A stretch of 63,070 nucleotides of DNA, the filler included, from Licmophora abbreviata (lineage: Eukaryota): NCBI GenBank assembly GCA_900291995.1. It is 9 parts of 9 records of this genome, joined end to end, with 100 filler letters (N's around TTAATTAATTAA, not from the genome) between each part and the next. Parts side by side here need not be neighbours in the genome. Positions count along the whole stretch, not along the records: positions 21,994 to 35,441 come from OLMU01001413.1; positions 35,542 to 45,438 come from OLMU01001416.1; 7 more parts are not named here. One strand, 5' to 3'. Shown here one piece after another: positions 24,901 through 36,857 of the stretch. A program made the translations under genes and the position numbers. The notes under the pieces were generated by a model. That model was not told the origin of the DNA. It did not search any database and saw only the letters and a list, made by a program, of their open reading frames with translations. The stretch's first letter is position 1, and every line of letters begins with the position of its first letter.

Positions 24901-26226
24901 GCCCCACCTATTCTCAAACAGGCGTACTCGCTATGGATAGTAGACGCAGCGGACAGCTGGAACGTCGTCGATTCATTTCAACTGAATGAATTTGAACATG
25001 GAATTACGATGAAGGTGATGTCGCTCACCGAGGTAAGCACTCTTTGGTCGTGTGCGCCTGATCATTGTGCATTGTCTGCATTAACGATGATTGCCTATTC
25101 TCGGTACCTTCAGGTTAATGAGGAGCCAGGAAGTAATGTTGTTATTCCTGAAGACGAACTGTTTGACACACTTTTTGTTACCGTTGGAACTGGCATCGTC
25201 GACGGTGATGGAGAAGACGTGGCAAGCAAGGGGAGAGCTCTCCTCTTTCAAGTCAAGCGTCGGCGTCATGATCCCACCATCCCAGCCGCGGTTGAATTGA
25301 ACTTGGTCTACGAGAAGGATATCCTTCATGGAGCCGTGACGAGCCTCAGTTGTCTCTCGTGCGAAGGACGCAAGCGACTCATCATCGGCGCTGGCTCCGA
25401 CGTGAATGTTGAACAATGGGGAAACGACAAATTGACTCAAGTCGGCTTCTTCCGCGCAAATATGCAAGTTCTTGACATCATGTTGTTCAAAACCTTCCTG
25501 CTTCTAAGTGATGCCTATGACTCACTCTACTTCCTAGTCTGGCGCGAGTCCGACAAGAGTTTGACATTGCTGGCTAAAGACTACGAGCCGATACCGGTTT
25601 ACGCTGCTGGTATCATGAGTCGCGGCGGGTCCATGTCGTTTGTCTGCCACGACGACCGCCAGAATTTGCAGTTTTTCCAGTACGCACCTGGAGACGCCGC
25701 GGCACGAGGTGGAAACAAGCTAGTATGCCGGGCAGACGTGCACATGGGAGCTCAGACTGTGTCGTTACAGAACCATCCATGCCGATCAAGTCTACTGATC
25801 AACTCGGCGACGCCGACATCGACGTTGGAAGCTCTGAAGCAACAAGACACGTTCTTCGGCAAGGCGGAGGATGACCAGCGACTTGCAGTGCACTTCGGAA
25901 CGACTGAAGGCGGTCTTTCTTCGATCGTACCTCTCAGCGAACCGGTCTACTGGCGTCTCACTGCGCTCCAGAGTGTTATGGCCAACGCTCTCGAAAGCGA
26001 CTGTGCTCTGAGCCAGCGCGCCTGGAGACTTTATCGTCGGACACCCCGACGGGGCGGATGCCGAAACCACGATCGTAAGAAGGGAGTTATCGACGGCAAT
26101 TTGGTTATTCAGTTTGTGGACTTGCCTTTGGTTGACCAAGAAGATTTGGCTAGTGCAATCGGGTCGACCGTCGATCTCATTTTGGACAATCTACTGGAGC
26201 TAAGATGCGCGAGTATGATGATCTAG
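21995..26226 (+). CDS. CPSF1: Cleavage and polyadenylation specificity factor subunit 1 (CPSF160), 5'-truncated by gap; introns 24463-24545 and 25033-25113
   Basis: FAGSRLGDSSLLGY, DSLTGLGPI, VTVGTG...GEDVASKGR, FLLLSDAYDSLYFLVW, LTLLAKDY, GGNKLVCRADVH, FGTTEGG...VPLSE.VY.RL..LQ, VIDGNL (CPSF_A domain); GT-AG introns keep the frame. Confidence 0.93.
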
Positions 26227-26475
26227 TTATGTCAAAGTATACCCTAGAAATTTCTACCATGGGAAAGGGACCGTAAGCATATGATAGTAGATCTCCTTTC
26301 TGCCATAGGCACGCTATTGAAAACGTTGGTACTGGTAGAAGTCTGGCGCCACAGGCATTTTCATGGCACAGAGCTCGCAGCACCATTGCTTCATTGCATC
26401 ACGCACAATATCGACAATGGGATTGATTCGATTGTGTTGGGCAGTGGCAATCATCGCAACAATTTAACAAACAGC

Positions 26476-26973
26476 ATGAGCGACAACGCTACCACACCCC
26501 CTGGAGGCTTTACAACGAGCGCGAAAGACCAAGCCGAGGCCGCAAAGCTCAAGGCGAGATTGAAAGAAGCAAATACGCGATCGCGACCAGAAATAGCAGA
26601 CACCGCCGACCTCCATTCACGACGACGAGTACCGATCGTGAGCATGGCAGAGGGCGCACACAAATACGCCTTGATTTCTGCTCGCGACCCTGTCAATGAT
26701 AGAATGTGTCACTTTGTGACGAGCAAGCGAGGGGCTCATTATCATCGCAATGCGGCAGAGCCTGTTGTGTATGAACTTGAGCAAAGCGGGTACAACGACA
26801 TTCAGATACTCGGCGGGGGGCGAATCTCTCTAGACAACGATGCCAAGAAGATATCGATATTTGGATTTAGCTACTCGTTTGGGCAAGCTAATCATGCTCT
26901 TAGTAAAAGACTTGTTGAGAAGGACGATAGATATCGAGACTGGGAGGTCACCATTTCGAATGAAGGGTACTAG
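26476..26973 (+). CDS. PHPT1: Janus/Ocnus-family phosphohistidine phosphatase
   Basis: GAHKYALI, AHYH, ILGGGRI, KKISIFGFSYSFGQANH and C-terminal SNEGY match the PHPT1 family. Confidence 0.9.
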   Translation: MSDNATTPPGGFTTSAKDQAEAAKLKARLKEANTRSRPEIADTADLHSRRRVPIVSMAEGAHKYALISARDPVNDRMCHFVTSKRGAHYHRNAAEPVVYELEQSGYNDIQILGGGRISLDNDAKKISIFGFSYSFGQANHALSKRLVEKDDRYRDWEVTISNEGY

Positions 26974-27055
26974 CACACTTCTATAAGATGCAGTTGCAAA
27001 ATCTATTTTTTTAAGTATTATTTTGTTAAAGCAAACTATGAACGAAACGGTAAAC

Positions 27056-29482
27056 TCATCGGGCAAGGACCTCAACATGACTATTGTCGGCGAGCTCGGC
27101 CGTTGTGCTACTTTCCGTTTCGACCGTACCGCCATTTCTCTTGCGATCGTCTTTTCCATCAGTCTTGATGGCCGCCACTTGACGAATGTCAAGGTAGCTC
27201 GGCGAGGATTCCGATCCAGTCGAGCTGCCGTTCATCGACTGGATCATCGTAGAAGTGGGGACTGAGGCGGTCCCATCGTCACCTTCGTCCGCACTAACTC
27301 TCGACGTCGGACTGAATCGGGAAGCGGAAGTCTGGATGAGATTTCCAGTGGGCGTCGGAGGAAGAGGAGGAAGACCGTCAGCAACTCTGTTTTCTATTTC
27401 TCTAGCGACACGCCGTTTCTTGATCGGACGCGCTTCGGTTTCCGCCACAGCACTGTTCGAAAGCAGCGGCTCCGTCGTTCGCTCGATAGAAACGCTATTC
27501 GCGTGTACCTCGGCCTCATCTCCCAGAGACGAGCATCGGGACTGTGTTGTACTGCTTTTGGCGGGACTCTCCTTGTGAAGGGCCGTCATGGCCATGGCAG
27601 CGAGCAAGAGTTCCTTCGCCGAACCAGCAGGCGTGTCGTCAGGACGAGACGCTGGTGCTGCCTTGATCTGCTCCGGCGACCTGCCCGTCGGAGTCGATTC
27701 AGACGAAATCATCATCGGAGCTGGCGGCCTTCCAGCCATCGGAGGTCCTCTATATATTTGCAGGCCCGTCGGTTTCTTCGGAGATGGGCTCGACTTCATG
27801 AAAGTCTACTCGCGGAACAAGCAAGCAGAGAGCCCAGATTGTGTCAGTACATCGCCCGCTGTATAACGCCAGAGCACGGAACATCACCAAACAAGGAGAC
27901 TCACCAAGTTTTGAGCAGCATCCATCATCCAAAACTCCCTACTAGTAGGCCGCCGGACAGCACCAGCTCCCATCGGCCGTACCATGACAGGAGCTCTTCG
28001 CGGGGCGTCCTTCGGTTCACTCGGCGGCCCTTGATTCTTGCATCGTTCACAGCGGCAGTTCGCATTGCACTTGATTCCTGCATTGTAGCATTCGCAATAT
28101 TTCTTCAAGCAATACGACCTGCGACATTTGCAACCAACCTTGTGTGCCAACTTTGCACTTGGCACTACTTTGGAACGGGCAAGCTTGGCATCACCTTTCG
28201 CCTGAAATTTGCTCGTAAACGCCGTCGGATTGCGCGAAAGAATGAGCGACCGAGCCCTCTGGCGCACCTTTTCGTGCGAAGCATTGTTGCAGCAGCTTAA
28301 ACAGCGACAATTGGAGGTGCAATGGACGTCGGCGCTAAAGCAAAAGCAGTAGAGCTTGAGGCATTTGGACTTTTTGCAGGTGCATCCGGCGGCCAACACA
28401 TCAAGACGTCGGAACGCTTCAAGCTGTCCCGGGGAATCGGCCTTTTGCCGTGGTCCACGAGGAAGCTGCATTTTCTTGATGGGTATCTTCGGGTTGGAAC
28501 CGGGATAGGACACTGCGTGTGGGAGAGCATGATGAGGTGGTACGTGGGGGTGAGGCATTGAGTGAGGCTTCTTCCAGGAGTGAGACGGGATCATCTCGGT
28601 TGACATGTGATGGCCTTTAGCGTAGAATTCATCCGGTCCCATAAGCGGGGCATAGTGCTCGGGTCCACCCTGTTCGGTAGGGTGACCAGGAGGTGAGCTA
28701 TTCGGAGGCCGTCGCGGATCGTACGGTGGAGCTGAGTGAGACGGGATCACCTCGGTTGACATGTGATGGCCTGTAGTGTAGAATTCATCCGGTCCCATAA
28801 GCGGGGCATAGTGCTCGGGTCCACCCTGTTCGGTAGGGTGACCAGGAGGTGAGCTATTCGGAGGCCGTCGCGGATCGTACGGTGGAGGTCCAGCTCGCGG
28901 GGGCGGCCCAGGTTCGTGGACATACGGGGCACGATGACGAAGTGGATGTGTCTCTATAGGTCCATATTCGTAGTGCGGCGGTCCTGGAGGCTGACCCGAA
29001 CCCTGGCGAGAGGCTGGCGACGGCGGTGGACCGTGAAATCTCTGGGCTGACGTACGAAGGGCGTGATCAAAGGACCCCGAGTGACCGCGAGAAGCGTACA
29101 TTCGTTCTGTTGATCCCTCCTGAGCAGTCACAGGAATCGATGATCCCTTGGAGTCGTACGAGTACGACCGTATCGCGCGCCCCGCGTAAGGTCCAGCGTA
29201 TGGATCGTAGCCAGGACCATACTCGCCGCCGTACTCGGCGGGTTGTTCACTGGATGGTGTTCGCTGAATAGGGGGAGCATACGCCACAGTAGGGTGAGGT
29301 CTACTGCCGCCATGGGAGTGACCATCGTAGTAGGAATAAGGCGGTCTCGACTCTTCGGGATCGGTACGAGGAGGAGGGGGAGGACCGGATGATCCGAAGT
29401 AGGCAGAGACGCGGCCACCCCCCACGTCACGATCGGTTCCCGTAGGAGGATCCGATATCATCCTGCCTCTTGGTAGACTCAT
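27056..29482 (-). CDS. Tesmin/TSO1/LIN54-type CXC (TCR/CRC) DNA-binding protein; intron 27806-27904
   Basis: Two CXC domains GCTCKKSKCLKLYCFCF..C...C.C..C.N and GCKCRRSYCLKKYCECY..C...C.C..C.N joined by the RNPTAF.SK hinge; TTG|GTGAGT donor and TAG acceptor join the downstream ORF. Confidence 0.9.
28578..28887. repeat. 156-bp (52-codon) in-frame tandem duplication inside the CXC gene
   Basis: Copies begin at 28578 and 28734; three nucleotide differences. Confidence 0.95.
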
Positions 29483-29682
29483 TGCTTCGTTTCGCTTCAA
29501 TGCCTTCACAGAGGGTGTATAAACGGAGCAGTCTCAAAAGTCTTATAATAGCCAGTACATGCAAGCGGAGTCTTTTGTCGAGGGAGTCTTGAACAGCAAC
29601 AGATGAAAGTTCTCAGCATGGTTCTTCCTCGATCCTCTCGTGGTGGCGATAAAGAGAGCGTTGGGGATCTTGAAGGCGATCG

Positions 29683-30053
29683 TTCAAATTTCAAACCAAA
29701 GTCACTCCCCCGCGTTTGAATCTGCGTGTTCCTCTGTTGATATTCATTTTAGTCACTTCTATCTACATGTATCACAAGACCAACAGCTGGAAAAGAATTT
29801 GCTTCTAGTCAATAAGCATCAATCCTGAAGAGTATCATTTGGCGCGCTCAAGCGGAGTATAGGTAACACTGTATACAAGACGGTAGTAACTTTCAAATTC
29901 AAACTTTTTAAATGCAAGCCTCATGACTGAAGGCTCAAATCATTGGTGGCTCAGTATAGAAATTACGTAGAAACATTCGTGGACTTCACGCAAGAGGAGG
30001 CGGGTGGACAGGCAGACCGCGCCAGAAATGTGGTCTTCCGCTCAAGCGCGAAA
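29683..30053. promoter_or_regulatory. Divergent promoter (CXC gene / KNTC1) with clustered CHR-like and E2F-like elements
   Basis: TTCAAA at 29683, 29690, 29892, 29898; TTTGAA at 29715; TTTAAA at 29907; TTTGGCGC at 29838; GCGCGAAA at 30046; ATTGG boxes near 29942 and 30094. Confidence 0.5.
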
Positions 30054-30142
30054 ACTGAAAATTGACGACACAACCATGGTAATTTAGACTGTAATTGGTG
30101 ACATTCCTGCTGCTGCCGTGCCTTGAACACGAGTGTCTGAGA

Positions 30143-33100
30143 ATGGCTTCTCTTATCGAGCTCCGTCTTCCCGTCATGGAAGACGACAAGGAGAATCGAG
30201 TGGAAGGATGGGACGAAACGATTGCGCCATCCACGCCCCATCATCATCAACACTGGGAGCGACCGTCAATTTGTGAGCATGCCATTGCGCACGGGACTTG
30301 GGCGTGTGGCATTGAGAGTGGTCGTGGACCGACTCGGAACACTGGGTTACTTGGAGGACTGACTTTGGACCACATCGGGTCTGTCGTGTCGCCTCCAATT
30401 TCGATGGCTCCATCGTTGTGGTGTCAACGGATGGTGGGACGGTATCCCTGCTTCGAGGACGCGATGGAAAGGTTCTAGCAACGCGTCGGGTATCGTCCAA
30501 TACTCAAGAAGGACATCAGCGCCCTGCTGAAGTAGAATTCGTTGTTGGAAGCGAGAGATACGGTAGCAAAGATGTACTGCAGATTCTGGCGCCAGCGTCT
30601 GATACCAATGACGTTGTGGTCGACTCATCACCGACGGCCACAATGATTCTTGTCTCCAACATTGATGGGACGCGTCTCAATGACGAAGATATGGATGTCG
30701 TGGCGGAGGCTGCACGAAACATGTCGATCGATGCTTTAGTACTGGAGGGTGCGCCAAGCATGGATCTGGAGTCGTTGCAGGGGTGCTGTGTCGGCGCCAG
30801 TTCGATTCGCTTCGTCGCCGGCGACTCGACGGGAACGTTTCGCTGCATGACTACAGTCTGGAGGAGAAGAAATCGCGTCTCGTCAAGGATCGTGTCGATG
30901 CGGGCGAAAAAGGCGTCTTTCTCACCAAGGCGAGCCTGAAGCTGCAACCGTTTGGAACGGAAAACTACTTTCTTCTCGCATGCGCCTACTCGGAGAAGTC
31001 CATTCATATCTGTTGGTATGATGTAGTGCACATGAACATGGCGTGTACACACACTCTGCCATCAGGAAACACCAAGAAAGGACGTCGCGTTCTTGCTGTC
31101 CATCCCGTGCACAGCTGCTTGAAAGACTCTGCCATTGCCGTCGCCGTGGCCAGCAAGGTGGACTCCCGCGACGGAACGATTCACGTTATCCAGACAGCGG
31201 TCGAAGAGACAATGGGTCTCGCCGTACTCTCACTGCCTCATGTCGTGTACGAGGTCCCTCTGCAGTCACCTTCCTCGGACCATCCGCACTCTCTGGAATC
31301 ATTGGATCTGGCTCCTCTGGATGTCGACCTCTACGGCGCCTACTCGTTCCGCTATGGCAAGGGGTTTGGATCGGACGGGCACGCGTGTGGTGCCTTTGTC
31401 ACAGGGTATGATCACTTGGGCGGAACGGTTATTGGAAAGATTCGATTGCTGCTGCAACAGGGGCTCTACGACGAAGCGGACGAGGTTGTCGCGTCTCATT
31501 CTGCAGACTCCGCCAAGACGGACGACAGGTTTGCCAAGTTCCACTCATCTGAGGTTGTATTGTATCGTCTCAAGAGTATTCTGGGCAGCAGCCAAGTCGG
31601 ATCAGAAGAGAGCTTGGAGCAAGCCAAGGCATGTCTTCGTCGTCTCACTGCGGGTGCGGTATCTGGAAGCGACGTCGCTCTGCGTTACCTTGTGGAGGCA
31701 GCGCGCAGCGTTGGTACCTGGCCGTCAAAGCAGCGCCTTGGATCGAACGCCCCTACGGTTGCAGAATACTCTATCGCACTTTCGGGCATGATTGGAGCTC
31801 TCTCCAGCGCGCTCGAGTCTGCACCACCGTCTCGCACGTCCGAGCTGAAGCGAACGAAACATGACCTCGAGAAGCACCTATCGGCCATGAAGTGTCTCGA
31901 ATCTTTGACGGCTAGTTCAAATAGTCTCGAGGATCGCTTGAACTCCCCCTTCTGCGACGCCAGGTCTCCCTCTGACATCTTTTGTGCCCTCGTTGCGGAA
32001 GGATGCTTTTCTCTGGCTGAGCTCTTGTGCAAGTCGGAATGGGGCAAAGATCTGTCTCCCGAAATCCTGACGTCGGCCGTGCTGGAACTGGGTCCAAGCT
32101 GCGATCCAAAGCTCTATGCTCCACTATTGAGAGAAATAGTCATTCCACGTTTGAAGGCTGGCCACGAAGCGCTTCCTCTCATTCGATCCTGGGCTTGTCG
32201 AACGGCCGATGCATTTGACGAGGACGAAACGACCCGGTTGGGCCTCGAATCCTCCATTTTTCTTCTTGAGGTAAGACCGAACGTAAACTTGCTCAAGCCC
32301 GAATCGTTGTACCGCTAACCCATCATATTTATCTTTACAGACTGTCCGGAAATCGATTCAAGAATTGAACCGACAGATGCACACATCTTTCTCCTCATAT
32401 AATCCTTTCGTCGGGATGCGAGAACGCAAGTCAAGGGTATCGCCACGTACCACGGCCGCTCTGAACTCTTCGTCTGCGTCGACAGACTCAGGGATTGGAT
32501 GGGGAAGCTCTACAAGAGGTGGGTCCGGGGTGAGCGTCGCAGGAATCAAGGACGAACAGCCGAATCCCAGTGTTCTCGAGCTCAGTAGCATGAAAGGAGG
32601 GGCCGTCAAGAGTCGCCTTGGCTTCCGTGCGAAGGTCGTTCCGAAGAGGTCCAACCTTGACGACGACGAAGATAGCGAAGGGAGCTTGGATGTGAAGCTC
32701 TTACACGCTAACCAGCTTCATCTCGCCCGTCGGCTTGGTCTATCACGACGGCTGCTTACGCTTCGCAACTACGCTCGCGTGGGCGGATCAGAACACGTTG
32801 CCAAGCAACTTGTCGGTCTGTACTCCTCGACCACTTCAAGTCACGATGCCCGATTTGCCGATCTGAATTCAAACGTAAGGCCTTTCTGCGAACAAGCGAA
32901 TGTCAGTTTTGACGAAGCTTTGGTGGCGTACACCAATGGTCTCTGCGATAGCAAACAAACCAGCGCCCAAGCCATTGTGGAATCTGCATCAATTGCAAGA
33001 TGCTGTGACTCTCTATCGACAAAGTGCACGGCTGCCTTGACTGTCCTTCGCGCCGCTCTGTTGTGTGGGCAATGCCCGTCATGTCTTTCAAAACTATCCC

Positions 33101-35441
33101 TCGATGCCATTCAATGGGCAACCATTGACCCGACGGTGAAATCCGAGCTGGAGGAGGCCTCTCGTCTGCTTGTCATCGATGGAATTGTGAGTCGGTATTG
33201 TGGAAAAGGAGCTCGACAACTGTTCCGAGTCGAGAATTCAAGACATTCTGAGCGCCTTCTTGACTTTGTCTGTCGGCACATTGAAGCAGAGCCGGTTGTC
33301 CAGGACGCGATGAACTTATGCGACGCATTCGCTCATTTATCGAAGACAGACGTCGGCACGCTGCTTCTTCAGCGTGCCATTGATGCCGAAAAGCCTGAAT
33401 TGTGTGCCGCGTTCGTGTCCGAGCTATTCAAGGCCGACGGACTAATCGCTTGCGCCGCTAGTGAGAATGCCCTGTCGTACTGCTGCGATGTTCTCGACGA
33501 GATCACAAGACGTCTGGGACAAACTTCGACTCGTATGCGCATTGAGCAGTGCAAAGGCTCCTACGCAGCAGTTTGTAGAAACGCGCATATTATCATCGAA
33601 ACAATGCTGTCATCGCAGGACAAAAGCTCGAACAAGGATCTTGTCCTCCTGCGGGCGCCTCGGCGTTCCATGGAGTCATTTCTCGGAGTCTTCAAGAGGC
33701 TCTCGGATCTCCAGCTTTATCACGGTATGTACCCGTCTGTCTCTGGCCTCGACGTCCCGGACACGGCTCTTTCGATTCTCCGTCCTATGACCGTCGAAGT
33801 AACGAAGGCGGTCGTAGATTGTGCCGCAGATGCAGACATCAGCTGCCGCATTGCCAATCTACGACGGGCATGCGGTCTATTAGTCGGCAGGGACTCGAGC
33901 CTATTCGCTTCGACGTGGTATTCTATCATTCTTCAAATATGCGAACAGACCATAAGGGAAACTAATGATGGAAGATGCATCGACTTTTTACACATGTGTG
34001 GCACTTTCCAGGAGATTCAATCTGAAGGAGCGTCGAATGTGACACTGTCACTGATGCTATCGCTCTGCATGCGTGCTTTTCTGGGATCAACGGATGATTC
34101 AGATCCACTCCCTCGAATGAACGACGTTATTCGGGTTTTCGCTGTTGCGTTTGGCCGCAGCCTTGCAAGCTGCCCAGAGTCTGCAACGGAGGCGGCTGTC
34201 TTTCTCGGCTTTATGGCCGAAGCAGCTGGCCAGGTTCTTCTTAGAGGGGATGGCGGCACTGGAGAAACAGTGGAAGAGCTTCGTGCAAAGCTCTTGAACG
34301 ATGCTCTTGAACAGAACAATGGACCAAAGGCTTTGTCCCGTTCCAACAACGACATCATCGGCCAGCCACGTGTCGCCACGCCGAACCTTCACCCTTCGTG
34401 GTACGTTGGAGATGGTCTGCTTCTCCCCCCGCACGACGCCCTCTCTTGCTCTCTGGGCTTCTGCAAAGAGCTTCTCTTGAATGGCCTTAGGGGCGAGCAG
34501 AAGCGTGTGGGCACGCGGGATGAAGCGCTCAAGCTCCATCGTTTTCTTCGTGACAGGGGTGCAAACGCTGTCGCTCTCCGTGTGCTGGTGGTTTCGAATG
34601 TCATGGTCCTGTCTAGCTCAGAGCTTCTAAGAGACGCAGAAGATTGGTCTACAGAAAACGAATCTTTTTCGCCGCACGGTACTCTCAAATGCCTATCAGA
34701 GAGGAGCTTAGGTGGATCTGGTACCGGTATTACCAGCGAGACGATCGACTCTCAACTTGCTGTGTCGTATTTACTATCGCTTCCAGTGAAACAGGCTTTC
34801 CAGGTGAGAAAAGCAAGAAACCTCGATCGAGTACATTTTGACTCTTCTGCAGCTGACTTTTCTTGCATGATAATATTTACAGATTTTCAAAGCATCGTTA
34901 CCTACGGCTTTCGCGAAACGTGATTTCACGCGAGTTCTTACCTTTTCCAACATTGGCATTGCTGCTGGGGGCGGACATTCGATCCAAGTCGGTTGGAAGA
35001 ATCAAGAGTTCTTCGTGTCACAGTGCGAAAAGATGTCCAGTAGAGCTCGCTGGTGGAACATTCTCCAGAGATTCCAAGTCGAGTTCGACCCGAGTCGGTT
35101 TGACGACAAGTCTTCCTTGTCTCTAGATGACGAAAGCGCAATAGCAACGGAAACTCCAACCACTACACGAGGCTCTCTCGCGTATATGGCCTCGCTAATC
35201 CCAGCGCTAATATCCAACTCATCCAGAGCTTTCGGGAAAAGCCATGGTTCGAGGTTGATTGCGACACGCTTTGCAAAGTCATTCGGCCTCGATCAGTACC
35301 TAGCACCCCAAAAGCATATTGAGTTTCTCTTGTCAAGCGTCATCGAAGGGAGGACTTCAAGTCGCTCTCCCAAAGACTCCATAAATTCTGTTAACTCGAA
35401 GCAGGATGGGTGTGAACGAGACGTGCGTTTCGACCTTTTGG
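30143..35441 (+). CDS. KNTC1: Kinetochore-associated protein 1 / Rough deal (RZZ subunit), 3'-truncated by gap; introns 32271-32340 and 34804-34882; frameshifts ~30345 and ~30839
   Basis: N-terminal beta-propeller-like region followed by an alpha-solenoid; KIRLLLQQGLYDEAD, PLLREIVIPRL, IRSWACRTADAFD..LESSIFLLE, ARWWNILQRFQVEFDP and FAKSFGLD resemble recalled ROD/KNTC1 segments. Confidence 0.68.
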
Positions 35442-35543
35442 NNNNNNNNNNNNNNNNNNNNNNNNNNNNNNNNNNNNNNNNNNNNTTAATTAATTAANNN
35501 NNNNNNNNNNNNNNNNNNNNNNNNNNNNNNNNNNNNNNNNNTG

Positions 35544-36506
35544 GCAGAGGCACTACGGTATAACGGCGCACTCGAAACATTGACTCTTACACACAATGCA
35601 CTCTGCGATCGAGTTGCCATGGCTCTGGCGGAGACACTGATTCGTAATGAGAGCTTGGCAATGTGCGAAACACGGGATAATGATTTTACGGAAGAGGGCA
35701 CGACGCGGCTTTCTCAAGCATGGCGATATCGACGCAATTACAGAGAGTGGCTGAAGAGTCTGCTGCGACAGCTCGATGGGAGTAATGGCCCGACAAGGAT
35801 AATCTCATTGAACCTCCTATCACGGAAGATTGGCGATGATGAAGTTTCAAGGATTGCCTCAGAGATGGCTAAAAGAACACCATGTCCTCTCCAGTCCATC
35901 TTTCTCGGAGGCGACGATATATCAAATGTCGGTATATCTGCCTTGGCTTCTCGCTTTTTGGCTCTGCCGACTGCCAGTCGAGAGCTTCAGCGACTGTACG
36001 TTCGGTCGAGTCACGTGGGAACTGCCGGCGTCCGGGAACTTGCACAAGCACTTCCCGTCTCATATCTCCAGGAATTGTCACTGGTTAGAAGTGGTATTTC
36101 TGATATAGACGTCGTTTACCTGGCGGACGCATTGCGACGTGATGGGACACAGCTATTGCATTTGAACTTGGATTATAACCGGATTTCCTGCCCGGGGTTC
36201 CGGCAGCTCCTGGAGGCCCTCCGAGAGCCCCATGCGAGCCTGCGATTGTTGAGCCTCGCCCACAATTACATTGGAGAGGACGATTCTGACGACAGCTGCT
36301 TCTCGTTGGTGGGATCGACGCTGTTGCGGGAGCTCCGTCTTGATCATAACCGAATCAGAGATGACGATGCTCTTCGGTTGGGACGATCTATCCCTTCCAG
36401 CTCGCCAATGGAGTGTCTAACGCTTCATGGGAACAGAATAACAAGGAGGGTTGGGATAGAAATATCGCAATGGCTGCAATCGAGTGTAGATGCTATCTAT
36501 CTCTAA
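35544..36506 (+). CDS. Ribonuclease-inhibitor-type leucine-rich repeat protein, 5'-truncated by gap
   Basis: Repeats such as LETLTLTHNAL, LLHLNLDYNRISCPG, LRLLSLAHNYIG, LRELRLDHNRIRDD and LTLHGNRI. Confidence 0.85.
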   Translation, partial: AEALRYNGALETLTLTHNALCDRVAMALAETLIRNESLAMCETRDNDFTEEGTTRLSQAWRYRRNYREWLKSLLRQLDGSNGPTRIISLNLLSRKIGDDEVSRIASEMAKRTPCPLQSIFLGGDDISNVGISALASRFLALPTASRELQRLYVRSSHVGTAGVRELAQALPVSYLQELSLVRSGISDIDVVYLADALRRDGTQLLHLNLDYNRISCPGFRQLLEALREPHASLRLLSLAHNYIGEDDSDDSCFSLVGSTLLRELRLDHNRIRDDDALRLGRSIPSSSPMECLTLHGNRITRRVGIEISQWLQSSVDAIYL

Positions 36507-36857
36507 GAGCATGACAGCGACGACGCCGTCCTGTGTCATAGGTGTGGCGTATCGAGGTCGTATTTACTCCGGCCTATTCGCTTAGATTATTTTTCATGAC
36601 GCCACAGTCAATGGTTCCAATTTGTCGACTAAGCAATTGGACGACAGAAAGTCTTCCAGACATGGCGACGACAATAACAATTGGAGAGGAATCGGACCAC
36701 TTGAAATAGTCGACGAGAATCAATCGAAGGTCGAAAGTCGGATAGGCCCGTACTCTTCAAGGATGACGAGAAGAGCCAAACCAAGCTCAGCTATAGGAGG
36801 ATACATGTTATAAAACTTCGTCATTTGTTTGCTTTGTACTCGAGCGACTCCTTAAAA

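Noticed and set aside
28578..28887. Direct repeats as a CRISPR-like array or LTR
   Set aside because: Only two adjacent in-frame coding copies, with no spacers, target-site duplications or transposon genes
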